The notes under the pieces: generated by a model
Seen by the model: only the letters and a program-made list of their open reading frames with translations
Told to the model about the DNA's origin: nothing
Databases searched by the model: none
Position numbers and translations under genes: made by a program
Source of the DNA: Callorhinchus milii
Lineage: Eukaryota
Reading direction: 5' to 3'
Assembly (NCBI RefSeq): GCF_018977255.1
Contig: NW_024704742.1
Span: 11,658,001-11,722,000, forward strand
Length of the DNA stretch: 64,000 nt
Shown: one piece after another, positions 24,199 through 37,552 of the stretch
How positions within the stretch are numbered: the first letter of the stretch is position 1
How the letters are laid out: the number at the start of each line of letters is the position of its first letter

Positions 24199-24520
24199 AT
24201 AATAATAATAATAATCCTTGCATTAGATATAGCGTTTTTTACGTCTTCTCGATATCTCAAAGCGCTTCACAGAATATACTGTAAAGTGAATTGACCATAT
24301 ATTTGTGAGCGAAACGCAGCAGCCAATTGTGCACAAAAGTGTCCCACAAACAGTCATGGATTGAAAATGACCAATTTATTATTGTTTTGTTTTGGAGGGA
24401 TTATTATTAGGCTCTGTGTGGAGTAAGGAAACTTGCCCAAGGTTTCGCCCTCTGCCTGGAGTTGAACTCAGGTGTCTCGCTTGCAAAACGAGTGCTCTAA
24501 CCACTGAGCTACAGGACTCC
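24199..24520 (-). mobile_element. tRNA-derived SINE, short (internally deleted) form
   Basis: Full head to (ATT)n tail but lacks the ~60-bp cctagcagtaagtagg...gatcg segment. Confidence 0.9.
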
Positions 24521-27500
24521 ACGATGATTATTATTATTATTATTACTTATTCTCAGTTTGCCATTTAATTTACTCCCAGACTTTCATCTGCATACCTGTC
24601 CTTCAGAAAAGTTCTCCTATCAAGTATCTTTTATTTGAAAGGCAATCTAACTTTACAACTGAATCTTTATGGCATAATAACTTTTTTGGTTAATAATTTA
24701 AGAAATTCCAAGCCCTTTCACATTAATAATAGTCAGTGGGGACTCAAGCCGTTTGGGAGGCCAAACAAGAGTGAGACGATGGGCAACCCATAGAAGAGGC
24801 ACGTCTCCTAACATAGGATTGCGGTGTGAATGCTTTTACATTTGCGTGCACTGGTTATGTTCACTTAGAAGTAAACTGACCTATATTTAAAGTGAAGCAA
24901 TGTATGTTTACATTTTTTAATGCATTCCAGCTTCTTTATTTTCCGTTTAGCCCATCCATCAACGCTGTCCCCAGTTAGAAGCCTGTAGATACTGCTATTT
25001 TTTGTCCTTCGTAACTCAGTGAGGAGATTTATTTGAGCTACAAAGGAAGGAAGGGATACCCATTGTGGTTTTGTTTGTTGCTGCGCTATGCAGTATTTGC
25101 TTCACTTAAGGAATTTCTCCGTGTCTATTCCCCCACACCACAGTATGAATCCTAATCCTAATAATGCATAGTGCATTTAACCATAAACATTTCCACATGT
25201 GATGGATAGGTCCTAATAATCTAACCTGATTTTTTGATGGTTTATTTTACTTCATTATATTTCAGGCCAAAGAATAAAGAGAGTGTGCTGATATTCTGTA
25301 GAATGATAGAATGTTACAGCCCAGAAAGAGACTGTTCATACTGCTGGTATATGTCTCCCCATGAGGCAATCTAATCCTATGGTCAACCGTGCTCTACATA
25401 CCCTTTAATCTTATTGTCGAAGCATCTGTGGAGTCCTGTCGCTCAGTGGTTAAAGCACTCGCCTCGGAAACAAGAGGACCTGGGTTTGATTCCTGGCGGG
25501 GCAAAATGTTGGGCAAATTTCCTTACTCCACACACTTCTGTTTGCCTAGTAGTAAGTAGGAACCCGGTTGTTAGTTGATTGGCTTTTCCGAGGATAATAA
25601 TTGCTTCCAAAATAATAAGAATAATAAATTGGTCACTCAATCCAGTGTCCATGTGGGACACTGCTGTGCACAATTGGCTGTCGAGTTTCACCTACAAATA
25701 TACAATCAATTCACTTTAGAGTGTATTCTATGAAGCACTTTGAGACATTTCGAAGACGTGATAAGGCATTATATCAAATGCAAGGATTATTATTATCTAT
25801 TAATTCCTTTCTGCAGCAGAAAATGTTGTAGAATCACAGCATCATAGAAAGTTTACAGCACAGAAAGGAAACCATTCGGTCCATCAAGTCTGCATTGGCC
25901 CTCAAAAGCAAGATGTTCATTTCATTCCACTGCCCTACCTTTACCCTCATACCCCTTCAAGCCTTTGAGTATCTACTTCCCTCTTGAAACCCAGAAAGAC
26001 TCTGCCTCTACCATCTTACTTGGTGGGGCATTCCCCAAACTAGCAACTCTCTGTGAAAAAAGTGAAAAAAAGTTGTCTAAGCTCTCCGTTTGCTCTTACA
26101 CTGGTGTAAATAGCTTCTCCCTATTTAAAATATTTTTAGAAGAGGCAGAGATGGAAGGGTGACCCAAATGTTACAAACCCTTTTATTCACCAAATTATCT
26201 AATCATCCAGCAGTCTTGGGATGGCTGTTTTGTGCATTTCTTTAAGAATCAAAAGAATCAGTCCAACACTATTGATATATATAACTTTGTTGTTGTTATC
26301 TGCTTTCTACTGCATAATCTAATAGTCAAAGCACTATGGTTTATCAAAAGATTCCCTTCAGGCAACATTCAAAGAATCTTTGTTCGGAATCCATTTAGAT
26401 TTGACTAATGAACATATTGATGAGAGCATAATGTAAAAGAGCACATTTACTGGGAAAGTGGAAATCCATTTCACTTGACACTTAAAAATTGAGGGGTATT
26501 ACAAGATGCTTAATATAAATGCAAAATTAATCAGTAGTTATGAATTTTGAAAACTAGTTAGTCTAGGAAATGGCTGCCCAAATCTAAACAACACTCAGGA
26601 TGAGAGATTTTATTTCAATTAATGTTACTCTGTGGTCAGTATAATGTAAATCCCTCTTGAGTTGTGGCTTTGACCTCTCTTGCTTGATATCCTTTTTCTA
26701 TTCCTTGGGCAATTAAAATATTTGCTTCCTTTTACATAAGTGCTGTAGGCATGTTGCTTTGTTGCCTGCAGTTGAATCTCCCGTGTCCTTTTAATGTCAG
26801 TCTGAATGTTGTCTTTGGTGACGAGCACAGTTATTGTATGAGACTAACTGTGTTTCAAACTCATTTTTACCTGACTCGCCTAGACTCTATGAGAGTAACA
26901 TTATTATTATTATTAACGTAGCATCGGAGCATCTAGATTGAGCTTGTGGGACCTCATGCAGTAAGGGAGACAACAAAGCAAAATGATCTTAGAAGGAGTG
27001 AAAGGGATGATTGATTGGGTGCAACATGTTTGCGAAAGGGTGAAATGTCGGGCAAGTTTCCTTACTCTGCACCTGTTTTACCTAGCAGTAAGTAGGAACC
27101 TGGTTGTTAGTCAATTGGCGGAATCACTATTCTGGAGGAAATAATTCCTTAAATAATAATAATTTGGTCACTCAATCCACGCCTGTTTATGGGACACTGC
27201 TGTGTGCAATTGGCTGCCGGATTTTGGCCACAAAATTTACAGTCAATTCACTTTACAGTATATTCTGTGAACCGCTTTGAGACGTCTCCGATCAGAGGTA
27301 CAGATCAACCATGATCTAATTAAATGGCGGAACAAGCTTGAAGGGCTGAATGGCCTACTCCTGTGACCTATGTTCCTATGACCTATATCTCAAAGACATG
27401 ATAAGGCGCTATATCAAATGCAATGATTATTATTATTATTAACTACCATTCAGTCCAGCAGAGGGGAGGGTAAAAGAGTTCTGGGTCCCTGCACTTCCAC

Positions 27501-28899
27501 CATTGCCTGGGGTGTCTGTCAGTCTGGGGAGCCCACATATGGTGCAGTGTTGCAAGGTTCTCTATACCCAAAACCAAGGAAGGATAGGCCATGTTCGAAG
27601 AAACTTGACCTTATTTAACCCAAGGGTATGCATGATTTTCTCTTAACTGGGCTATTTTCCAGAGCATCTGGATCAAGGCAGACCATATTGCCAGCCCCAC
27701 CCGGCACCACAAGACAGGAGTTCATCAAGTTGCAGCATAGAAAATGAATTCAGTAAGGCGGACGATGGCAGGGTACAGAGGAATCTTCATGGGGAAGCCT
27801 AGAAGACAGCAAACCAGACTGGGTTCAGTAGGTATGTCCATCATGGACCTGACCTTCAGTATCATGTGGAGTCCTGTAGCTCAGTGGTGCGACCATTCGC
27901 CTCACAAGCGAGAGACCTGGGTTCGTTTCCTGGGCAGAGCAAAAAATTTGGCAAAATTTCCTTACTCCATACGCCTTTGTTTATTTAGCAGTAACTAGGA
28001 ACCCAGTTGTTAGTCGATTGGCGGATCGTTTTTCTAGGGGTAATAATTCCTTCAGAAATAATAATAATAATTTGCTCACTCAATCCAAGACTGTTTGTGG
28101 GACACTGAGGGACTGTACGCAGTTGGCTGCTGCATTTTGCCCACAAAGGTTACAGTCAATTCACTTTACAGTATATTTGACCAGCGTCCTGGGACGTCTT
28201 TCCAATGTGAAAGGTGCCATACAAGTGTAATTTGTTGTTGTTTTTCTAGAGCCTAGTCAGGAAACTGGTGGAACGCACAAACCTTGTAGTGACTGCCCAT
28301 AGCAGCAACCAAAGGTGCTTGTAAAATAGTGCTTGAAAGAAAAAGCTTGATTGGATTTGGGATGGTTTGGCATCTGTTGCTTCTCAAATGGTCTCAGAAT
28401 TCAATCTACCTGATGCAGGCCAATGCTAAATGTAGTCTCAGGATTGCCTGCTTTGGGAAGAAGGGAATTGAAGACATCAAAATGTTTGTGCAACCACTTT
28501 TTGTTTTATTTGAAGCGGTTTTCCATATTTGTCAATCAGTTTTGTTAAAAATGGCCCTCCCTCTATTATCCTTTTGAACAGCACGTGGACTGGGAGGATA
28601 ATGGTGTTATATGTGCAGTCTGTGAATGCTTTCCTTTGCACACTCAAATAACTGAATCATAAATTAAGTCCCATCTGAAGGAAAGAAAAAATTCAATACA
28701 CAAAGGTAACAGAGGGCGGAATGCCGATTCAATAATGTATCATACATTACACAATCCTAGGAAAGGTCACGAGTAGGTTGAGATAATACACAATAACATT
28801 AACTATTGGAAAACATCAATCTTGACTTCCACTACATTCCAGAAATAGCATGTCAGGCATACTGGGGGCAGAGGTTCCTTTGGGTGCCGATGGGTTTGA

Positions 28900-29290
28900 G
28901 AAGTTAGTTATGTGAAGGGACTTGGAAACACTGCACTAGAACAAAGAAGGCTGATCAGTACCTAAAAGAAATTTCAGAATTAATACCAATTGTAACAGTG
29001 AGAGAGACTGTATTATCTGTATTGACCAGTGAGTAGCAAGAAAACATATAGGAAGGATTATAACCAGAAGAAAAAAGGGTTGGAGTTAGGTTTATCTTTT
29101 ATGCAGTCAGTTGTCAAAATGTGGAATGCTTTATAAAAAAAGGCTGTTGAAACTGAATCTATAATATCATTTAAAAGGATTAGTTGCTTGAATAAATATA
29201 ATGTTTAATGGGGAAAGTGCAGCGATCTGCGATTAGAGTAGATACCTCTAGGGAGGCACAGCACGTGGCCCTGAATGGCCATGGTCTTTG
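28900..29290 (+). mobile_element. Highly degraded CR1 3' region
   Basis: Remnant tgtggaatgcttta (WNAL-like) and a decayed 3' UTR. Confidence 0.55.
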
Positions 29291-30014
29291 GCGTAAACAT
29301 ATTATGATTTCATATATTCTTCTGCATTTTTGCTGTGGCACAAAGGGACTATTAACAGTGTTAATGAGTAGTGTTCCTCCATAGAGATAATCTACGACTG
29401 TTTGTAGGACACTGCTGTGTGCAATTGGCTGCCACGTTTCGCCCACAAAATATACAGTCAATTCACATTACAGTATATTCTGTGAAGCGCTTTGGGACAT
29501 CTCAAAGATGTGATAAGGCGCTATATCAAATGCAAGGATTATTATAACATGCCAATTGATGACTGAGAATCTGGGACTGGAGAATGGTTGAAAGACTTGT
29601 TTGTTGAATTTTCGCACACACCCTCTCCAATTCCCCTCATTCCTTCTCTCCATGAGTTGCACTGAGCTTTGCTTAAGTCAACTTGGCCATGTAACCCAGC
29701 CATATCACCATCCGTCATGTCGAGACTGCCCATGAACTCCGTTCTTGTCTGTTCAGCTTGATGATAGAGTTCACATGACATCATTTAAAAGAGAAGGGAG
29801 TTGCTCTCAGTGTCGTGGCCAACAACCCTCCAGGTTAAATTAGTCATTCAGTTCATGGCCCTTTGTGGGAAATTGCTGAACACAAATTAGCTGTCACTTT
29901 TGTCTCCAAATACAGTCACAACACTTTATAGCAATTCCAATGAGAAGTGCTCTGAGACATTCCTATGTTATAGGTGCTATATCAAAAATAAGGTTTATAA
30001 TTATCAGTGTCCAA

Positions 30015-31158
30015 AAGATAAGGGCCCATGGAATTGGGGGGAGCATATTAACGTGCATTGGGGAATGGTTAACGGATAGGAAACAAAGAGTAGGGATAAA
30101 CGGGTCCTTTTCAGATTAGCAGGATGTGACTAGTGGAGTGCCACAAGGATCAGTCCTTGGGCCTCAGCTATTTACCATCTACATCAACGATCTAGATGAG
30201 GACATCGAAGTTAATATATCTAAATTCGCGGATGACACAAAACTAGGAGGAAGTGCCAACACAGAGGACGACATTAAAAAAATGCAGCGAGACATAGATA
30301 GGTTAGGTGATTGGGCAGGTAGGTGGCAGATGAAGTATAATGTGGGAAGTGCGAAGTCATCTACCTAGGGAGCAAAAACAGTAGAGCAGGTTATTTTTTA
30401 GAAGGGGAGAGATTGGAATGTGTTAGGGTCCAGAGGGACTTGGGTGTCCTTGTACACCAATCACAGAAAGTTAGTCTGAAGGTGCAGCAGCAATTAGGAA
30501 GGCGAACGGTATGTTAGCATTCATTACGAAAGGATTAGAGTATAAGAGTAGGGAAGTCTTGCTGCAACTGTATAGGGCCCTGGTGAGACCACACCTGGAA
30601 TACTGTGTGCAGTTTTGGTCTCCTTATTTAAGGAAGGATGTACTTGCCTTGGAGGGGGTGCAGCGTAGATTTACTAGGTTAGTTAGTGCTAGGGATGAAG
30701 GGGATGAGTTACAAGGATAGGCTGACCAATTTGGGCCTATATTCTCTAGAATGTAGAAGAATTAGAGGGGATCTTATAGAAGCCTATAAGATCATCAAAG
30801 GGCATGACAGAGTAGATAGTGGGAGATTGTTTCCCCTGGTTGGAGAAACCAAAACCAGGGGTCACAACCTTAAAATCAGAGGCCAGCCCTTTCGCACTGA
30901 GTTGAGGAAGAACTTCTTCACTCAAAGGGTGGTGAATGTATGGAACTCACTACCCCAAAGGCCTGTTGACGCTCAGTCCTTGAACATATTCAAGACTGAG
31001 ATAGATAGATTTCTTATTGTAAAAGGGATTAAGGGATATGGGGATAAGGCGGGGTCAGGTTATTAGCTGGAGTTAGATTAGAAGATCAGCCATGATTGAA
31101 TGGCGGGGCAGGCTCGAAGGGCCGAATGGCCTACTCCTGCTCCTACATGTTATGTTAT
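30015..31158 (+). mobile_element. 5'-truncated CR1 LINE with an 8-bp target-site duplication GTGTCCAA
   Basis: [30 protein letters not shown] and WNSLP motifs; CR1 3' end gggccgaatggcctactcctgctcc with tatgt repeats. TSD at 30007-30014 and 31159-31166. Confidence 0.93.
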
Positions 31159-34100
31159 GTGTCCAAGCGCGGACAAAGTATTGGTAAGATACAGTGGTGT
31201 CAGAGCTGATTCTGAACTCATGTTTATCTAATGTTCCTCCTTGCCCTTAAAGTAAAGAGGATTTTTTTCAGGCAAGGGTAAAACCCTGGATCTTCTTTAT
31301 GTTTAGTACTATACTAAACATAATTAGGTGCAATTTCTTAGTCAGATATCAAGAAGACTATGAATTATATTTTACTGGAATATCAAATGGGTGTATTGGA
31401 AAGAGTTGATCAGAGTAAAGACGTTAATATCATAAACAATGCAAATGAAGATGACAAAGCTTATAATGATTAACAACACAATATTGTATTGTGTTACAAA
31501 TGTGTATTTACTCATCTATATAGTTGATTAATTTATACCAATAATTTACAATGTTCCTGATATAACCTGTTAACTTTAAACCTGTAACTAGCAGTGAACT
31601 CAAATGAAGCAACCTCTTTGTAATGTTTCCTCAACAAGCATTTATATATATATTACAAAAGCAAGTCCAGTGTTCTTATCTTTACTAATACAAAGAGATA
31701 CTTATCTTTGCATATAATTGTTGATACTTTGGTAGTGTTACAATGTATTTGGTTCCTTGGTACCAAATCTATACATAATTATATGGACCTTGGGACATCC
31801 TCCTGATGTGAAAGGCGCTATACAAATGTAATTCGTTATTATTTGTTGCCTTAGGGTGTTGTTGCAGCACAAATTGATAAATTAAACCAGTTGGTAGATT
31901 ATTCTGCCAACAATGGTGTTTTCCTCTCCCCCCACTGTAATACTAAGTTGTTCATGATGCAATGCTGTAAACACTCGCAGACTTTCTTGAAAGACCTGAT
32001 CTTTGGCAACCTAAAGAAAGGAAACTTCAGAATAGTTTTATTAAATTTTTTATATTAAACCTAGCCACGCATCACAACAGTAATGTCTTGGCAACTGATT
32101 GATAAAAGCGCTGACTGAGCTGAGCCTGTTTCATGCAAGATAGTGAAATTTCCGTTTTTACAATAGTTTTTGTTGAAGTAACATCTGTTTGAATATAGAA
32201 TTACCAAACTGAAATTCAAACATTGCCTCCAATTCGTCTTTTCAACCAAGAAGACATGCCCAATTTTGGGAGTATATTCTACAGAAAGCAGGATGTTCTG
32301 TAACATTTTGACACTGAGATGGCCTTTTTCATAATAATCATTATGTCCTATTTCTACATTTAACAGAAACTCGATCAAGAGTTGGTCAATCCATTATAGA
32401 CTGACACCTACCTCTAATTTTAATATTGCTCAGGAAGAAGAGTAAATATTTGGCCAAACATCTGATCACTATCTGGAGGAATTATGAATAGCACTATATG
32501 CAGTATTTTTAAAGGTGGTACAATTGGTTCAGTTAGTACAGTTGTTTCCTCAGTTAAATAGATACAATTTTCATGAAAGATTCCTTGGCACACTTTGATA
32601 TATTCGAGGAACCAACAATTTACTAGAAAGCTATCACCTCAGTTGCCAAGATATCATCATTACTGATGTACTGCATTCAGATCATAACCAGAATCTCATT
32701 CATAATAAAATATACTTACAGATAAAGATATTTTTTCAGACACTCCCCTTAACTGTCTTAAGAGTTAAATGCAAGGACCAAGTTGCGTAATGCAATAAAG
32801 GTATCCAATTAATAAGCGAAGTGAGTCTATTTCAAAGACTCTAAACATTTGGTCAGTTTCCACTGTGGTACTGTCATCAGTTGTAGGTCGTGAGATATAA
32901 GTTGAGATTCTAACCAGAATGTTTAAGACCAAAAATAAAAGAATTATTGTTAATATGAAAGATCAGTGGTCCTGCACTGATATTGTTTTCAAAATTAACT
33001 ACTGAAATTATTGATGATCATGAAATAGTGCTAAGATCAAAAGTCCAATCATTCAGTACCGAGATTGAATTGATTCTGTTTTTACTTCTCCACTCCCTCC
33101 CTTTCACTTTGCTGCTTCATGTACATGATTTATTGGATTTTGGTTCTCGTTACATATCTCTACATTTAAATAGATAACTCCTACAGTTAGATCAATGACA
33201 TTCATAACATCAGCATGGAATGTGAATACTTATTGGTTTGATCTGGACCCAGTAGATTTTGGATTCAGAGTAAACATTTACCACTGGTGTATTTTATTCA
33301 AATATTACGTATATTATGTAGTCTGATCTCAATTCCCATTGGATCAGCTTCTCAAACAGACTGAATGCAATTCAAGGACTTCCTTGAGAGACAGTTTGAG
33401 TGGCAATCCTGCACGTCACCAGTAGTATTAACCTAACCATGTAAATAAATGCTCACAACCTTCCAACCTTACTTATATTTTTTGATGCTTATATTTTTTG
33501 TTGGACCACCCCTCCCCCACACATATACACTTCTCCTGAAAGTGCTGCTGTTTGCCATGGGATGATTTTGTGGATGCCAGTAGCATTGATCAAGTGATAA
33601 TTCATGCTCTGGCTTCCACCATGTTACTTGACTCTTGAATGTGAAGGATAGAGCTGAGACGTGACCCTGATCACAACTAAAGTCCTGATTTCCAAGGATC
33701 ACTAGATAATTGGCAATCCATTCAATTGATTTCTGCCCCCCGAGTCACCCCCCCCACTCCCCCCCACCAACTAAAGTAGTTGCAACGGCTGCTACTTCAG
33801 GTCTGGCGAGCATCCCACACTCTGGAACTCTATCCCACAATTCCTCTATGCCTCCCCCTTCTCTTCCCTCCTTCGAATCCTATCTAAAGACCTTTCTCTT
33901 CGACTGTGCCTTCGTCCTCCCTCACACCACTCACCCCATCGCCCTCCACCCATCCTGACCCCAACTCCCAGCTTGGTCCAAAAACCCAGACGGTCCAGCG
34001 CCTGGGATGTCTTTCCGCCGTGAAGGGCGCTATACAAGTATAATTTGTTTTGCTGTTATTTTCGACTGGCAGCTTTGGTCCAAAAACTCAAAATGTATAG

Positions 34101-34254
34101 GTGGTTACCTCTTTAAGCTGAACATGGTATCAAAATGTTCATTTAAGTTGAACATGGTAAATGCAAAGTAGTTTCTACAAAGCAATGCAGACAATATTAT
34201 GAGATTTGCATAATCTTTTCAGTTTTTGTTGTGAATCATGTTAATGCCTGGTTC

Positions 34255-35281
34255 GATTTCTATCTCTCACCATCTCCACTTCGTTGCCTTTAACGGTTTC
34301 TCCTCCAGCCCCCACATCTGGCATCCCCCTGGGCTCTGTCCATGGCCCTCTCCTCTTTAATATCTACATGCTTCCCCTTGATGACATCATCCACAGACAT
34401 GGGGTCAACTTCAGACATCAAGTCCTGGATGAGGGCAAATTTCCTACAGTTGAATGTGAACAAGCCTGAGGCCCTCCTGATTGGCTCGCGCCAGCGCCTC
34501 TGCACCTCAGGCTCTGGCAACATCAACCTCCATGGTTGCTCACTGCAACTCACCAAGCCAGTCAGGAACCTCGGTGTATTGTTCAACCCTCAACTGTCTT
34601 TTCTCCCCCACGTTCAAGTCATGACCCGCTCTGCCTTCCCTCAACTCCGTAACATTGCCCGACTCCGCCACTACCTCTCCCCTCAGGCCACTGAAACTCT
34701 TGTTCATGCCTTCATCACCTCCAGGCTCGACTATGCAAACGCCCTGCTTGTCGGTCTTCCCAACTTCTCCCTCCACAGGCTGCAGATAATCTAGAACTCT
34801 GCAGCCCGTGTCCTCTCCCACAACAAACTCCATGACCCCATCTCCCCCTCTCTCGCCCGACTCTATTGGCTTCTATCCTTCAGAGGATCCAGTTCAAAAT
34901 CCTGGTCCTCACCTACAAAGCCCTCCATGGCCTTGCCATCACCCGATCTCCTAAACCCCTACCAGCCTGCCCGCTCTCTCCGCTCAGCCGGCTCTGGCCT
35001 GCTCCATGTCCCCCCACCCGCCCCACCATTGACAGGAGAGCCTTTAGCCACTCTGCCCCCAACCTCTGGAATTCCACCCCCCAATCACTCCGCCTCGCCC
35101 CCTCCGTAGCTTCCTTCAAGTGCTACCTCAAGACCCTCCTCTTCGACCATGCCATCTGTCACCCACTTCTCCCTCCCCCGACCCCATATCAGGTCTGAAA
35201 TGCTGTACTCTGTCCAGTGCCTTGGGACGTCCTCACAATGTGAATGGCGCTATACAAATGTAATCTTGTTGTTGTTGTTGT
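34255..35281 (+). mobile_element. 5'-truncated L2 LINE (related subfamily) with an internal deletion removing YADD
   Basis: [17 protein letters not shown] and LKTLLFDHA motifs; tail gcgctatacaaatgtaatc(ttg)n. Confidence 0.9.
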
Positions 35282-35847
35282 TAATCTTGGGGAAGCCCAT
35301 GTGCAGTGTTATGTTGCCTTCATTTTCTGTTTCCTATGTATTCATGCTTTAGGTGCTCCAATGGTGTAACTGTGATGTTATTAGCTGTATATTCTCAGGA
35401 AAAGCCCGCACACAATCCTGATATAAACTGTGAAATACTTTGAGCCACTGTTAGAAATTGGAATGAAAATCATTAAAGTTAGTAGAATCAATCAATTGGA
35501 TTGCAAGATTTCTTTGTACAAAGGGACTTGCCATTACAACATACCCCAAGGGTACAGCTAAGAAATCAATTAATGACTGTCCTGGTTGAACAAGTTCATT
35601 TTATACAATGGGTTATGATGGAACCAGCATGTATCATTGTAGCCCATTTGCCGATGCATTTACATTGTCAGAAACATTTCTCAAATGTTTTCGTAAGCCT
35701 CAACATTCCAGGTCTGACTGTATTCTCAGCTTATTGTTGTTGAATAATATAACTTTCAATTTTACCATTGAGAATATTTTATTTTTCTACATTTGCCTGA
35801 TTGATCTTTTTTTGTTTTTTTTTGTCTTTTCTGTCTGGCTGCTCCAG

Positions 35848-35976
35848 GGGCTATGGCAAACCATCTAATAACCAATGCTCTTCTGCGTCCTCATGGCACT
35901 AACAATCCCTATAACACATTGCTTGGGGAATCCGCAGTCTATAACAACCCCTCAGTCAGCATGTACAAAACACAAG
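35848..35976 (+). CDS. ADGRL3: ADGRL3 129-nt in-frame cassette exon
   Basis: Long pyrimidine tract and ctccag| acceptor; donor CAAG|gtgtgc. Phase 1-1, encodes GAMANHLITNALLRPHGTNNPYNTLLGESAVYNNPSVSMYKTQ, resembling the known latrophilin-2/3 cytoplasmic splice insert. Confidence 0.92.
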
Positions 35977-36161
35977 GTGTGCTCCTCTGAATGTTACGTT
36001 AATATGTGGTGACAGTTTCCCCATTTACATGGTCTGAGGAGGCTGTATTCCAAAAATTATTGATGAAAAAGAGATAACGGATTATGTTATTAGAAATGCA
36101 ACTTGATGGCTTCAGTTTCACAGTAGCCGAAAATGATCGGCGCCTCTTTGTGATCTTAACC

Positions 36162-36362
<201 letters not shown>

Positions 36363-36688
36363 CCTCCCTGAAAATTGCAAAATTTACTGAATGATTCATT
36401 TGGCAAAAACAATTTGCTTTGAAACTCTGGCTCTCACCAGTTTAATAACAAACAGTCAAACCCCATTATGAGATACCCGGTGCTAATTTTGTCTTGATGA
36501 TAGACATTTCCCCCGGCAGCTGGCCGAACTGCATTGCAGTCGGTCAAAAGACGAGCCTTAACCTCAATCAGATGAGCAACAACAACTTGCATTTATTTTG
36601 AGCTCTTCGGAGAAGATAACTCAGACCGCTGAAAACGCAGTTCCTTCTTAAATTTTAAGTGATGAGTTTTGACTACATTTTTGTGGTA

Positions 36689-36794
36689 CAGGGTGACCAA
36701 AAAATCATGATATCTACCCTATTATCTTGAAAAAAATCATTTTGTTAAGACTTATTAGACATTGTAATGGCATCACGACTTTTTGGTCACCCTG
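36689..36794. mobile_element. 106-bp Tc1/mariner-type MITE
   Basis: 23-bp TIRs CAGGGTGACCAAAAA(A/G)TC(A/G)TGAT with 2 mismatches, flanked by TA on both sides (36687-36688 and 36795-36796). Confidence 0.85.
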
Positions 36795-37500
36795 TATTTC
36801 TGTTCAATCGACATATTTTTGACTCTTTGAACTTTGAATTTCAAACCAAATTGGTTGGTAAACGTAGGTTAAAGCTGCCAGTGGAAATGTATCCTTTACA
36901 AAACCTGCTGCTGTTCTGATAATTTGATTGGTGACAATGGTCAAAATCTGAAAAAACCTGGGCTTTAATTTTTCAACACAGCCTCTGTAAGCCACTAAAG
37001 GGGGTCTTAAATTTTACAACCCTTTCATCAGCCTAGTAAATTATATTAAATTTGAACAATCATTAATTTTGTTACCTTTATTTCCCAATCTCCCAATGTG
37101 ATACTCATTGGCTTGTTTTGAATACATTGCCAATTAAAGTCAACCCCACTAAATTGCACTTGTTTTCTGCCATTGAACTATGTATCTCTATCTTAGAAGA
37201 AAGCAAACGGGTGAAAGGGTTGTTGTGTTTGTTAAAAATTCATAGAAATGTTTTTATTGATGGTTCTGTGACGAATAGTATGAGCACAGCTATTGCTATT
37301 TGGTTTAAAATTATTGTGATGTTTGTTTCCAGCTTAAAAGCATTTTAGGATAATGTCATGTATTATGTGTAGCAAAGATGGGTTTTGTGAAATATTTTCT
37401 GCACATCATCAATCTATTTGCTTTTGTTCATGTTTCCTCTACTGTGGCTGTAAGCTTACTTGTGTTTTTTTTCTTTCCTTTTCTTCATGCTGTCCTTTAG

Positions 37501-37552
37501 AGCCCTACAGCGAGACAAGTATGGGAGTAAAACTAAACATTGCATATCAAAT
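37501..37552 (+). CDS. ADGRL3: ADGRL3 alternative exon with two 5' splice sites (18 nt in-frame, or 52 nt frame-shifting)
   Basis: Acceptor tcctttag| at 37500. Encodes EPYSETSMGVKLNIAYQ (mammalian LPHN3 EPYRETSMGVKLNIAYQ, from memory). Donors AA|gtatgg after 37518 and AT|gtaatt after 37552. Confidence 0.9.

Noticed and set aside
24951..24988. Strong acceptor-like site ttccgtttag in the long intron
   Set aside because: Early stop, no frame-preserving donor and no recognisable latrophilin peptide.
25429..25500. tRNA-like sequences with A/B boxes (also 27868, 48488, 56448)
   Set aside because: SINE heads: no proper acceptor stem, variable anticodon, and each continues into the SINE body.
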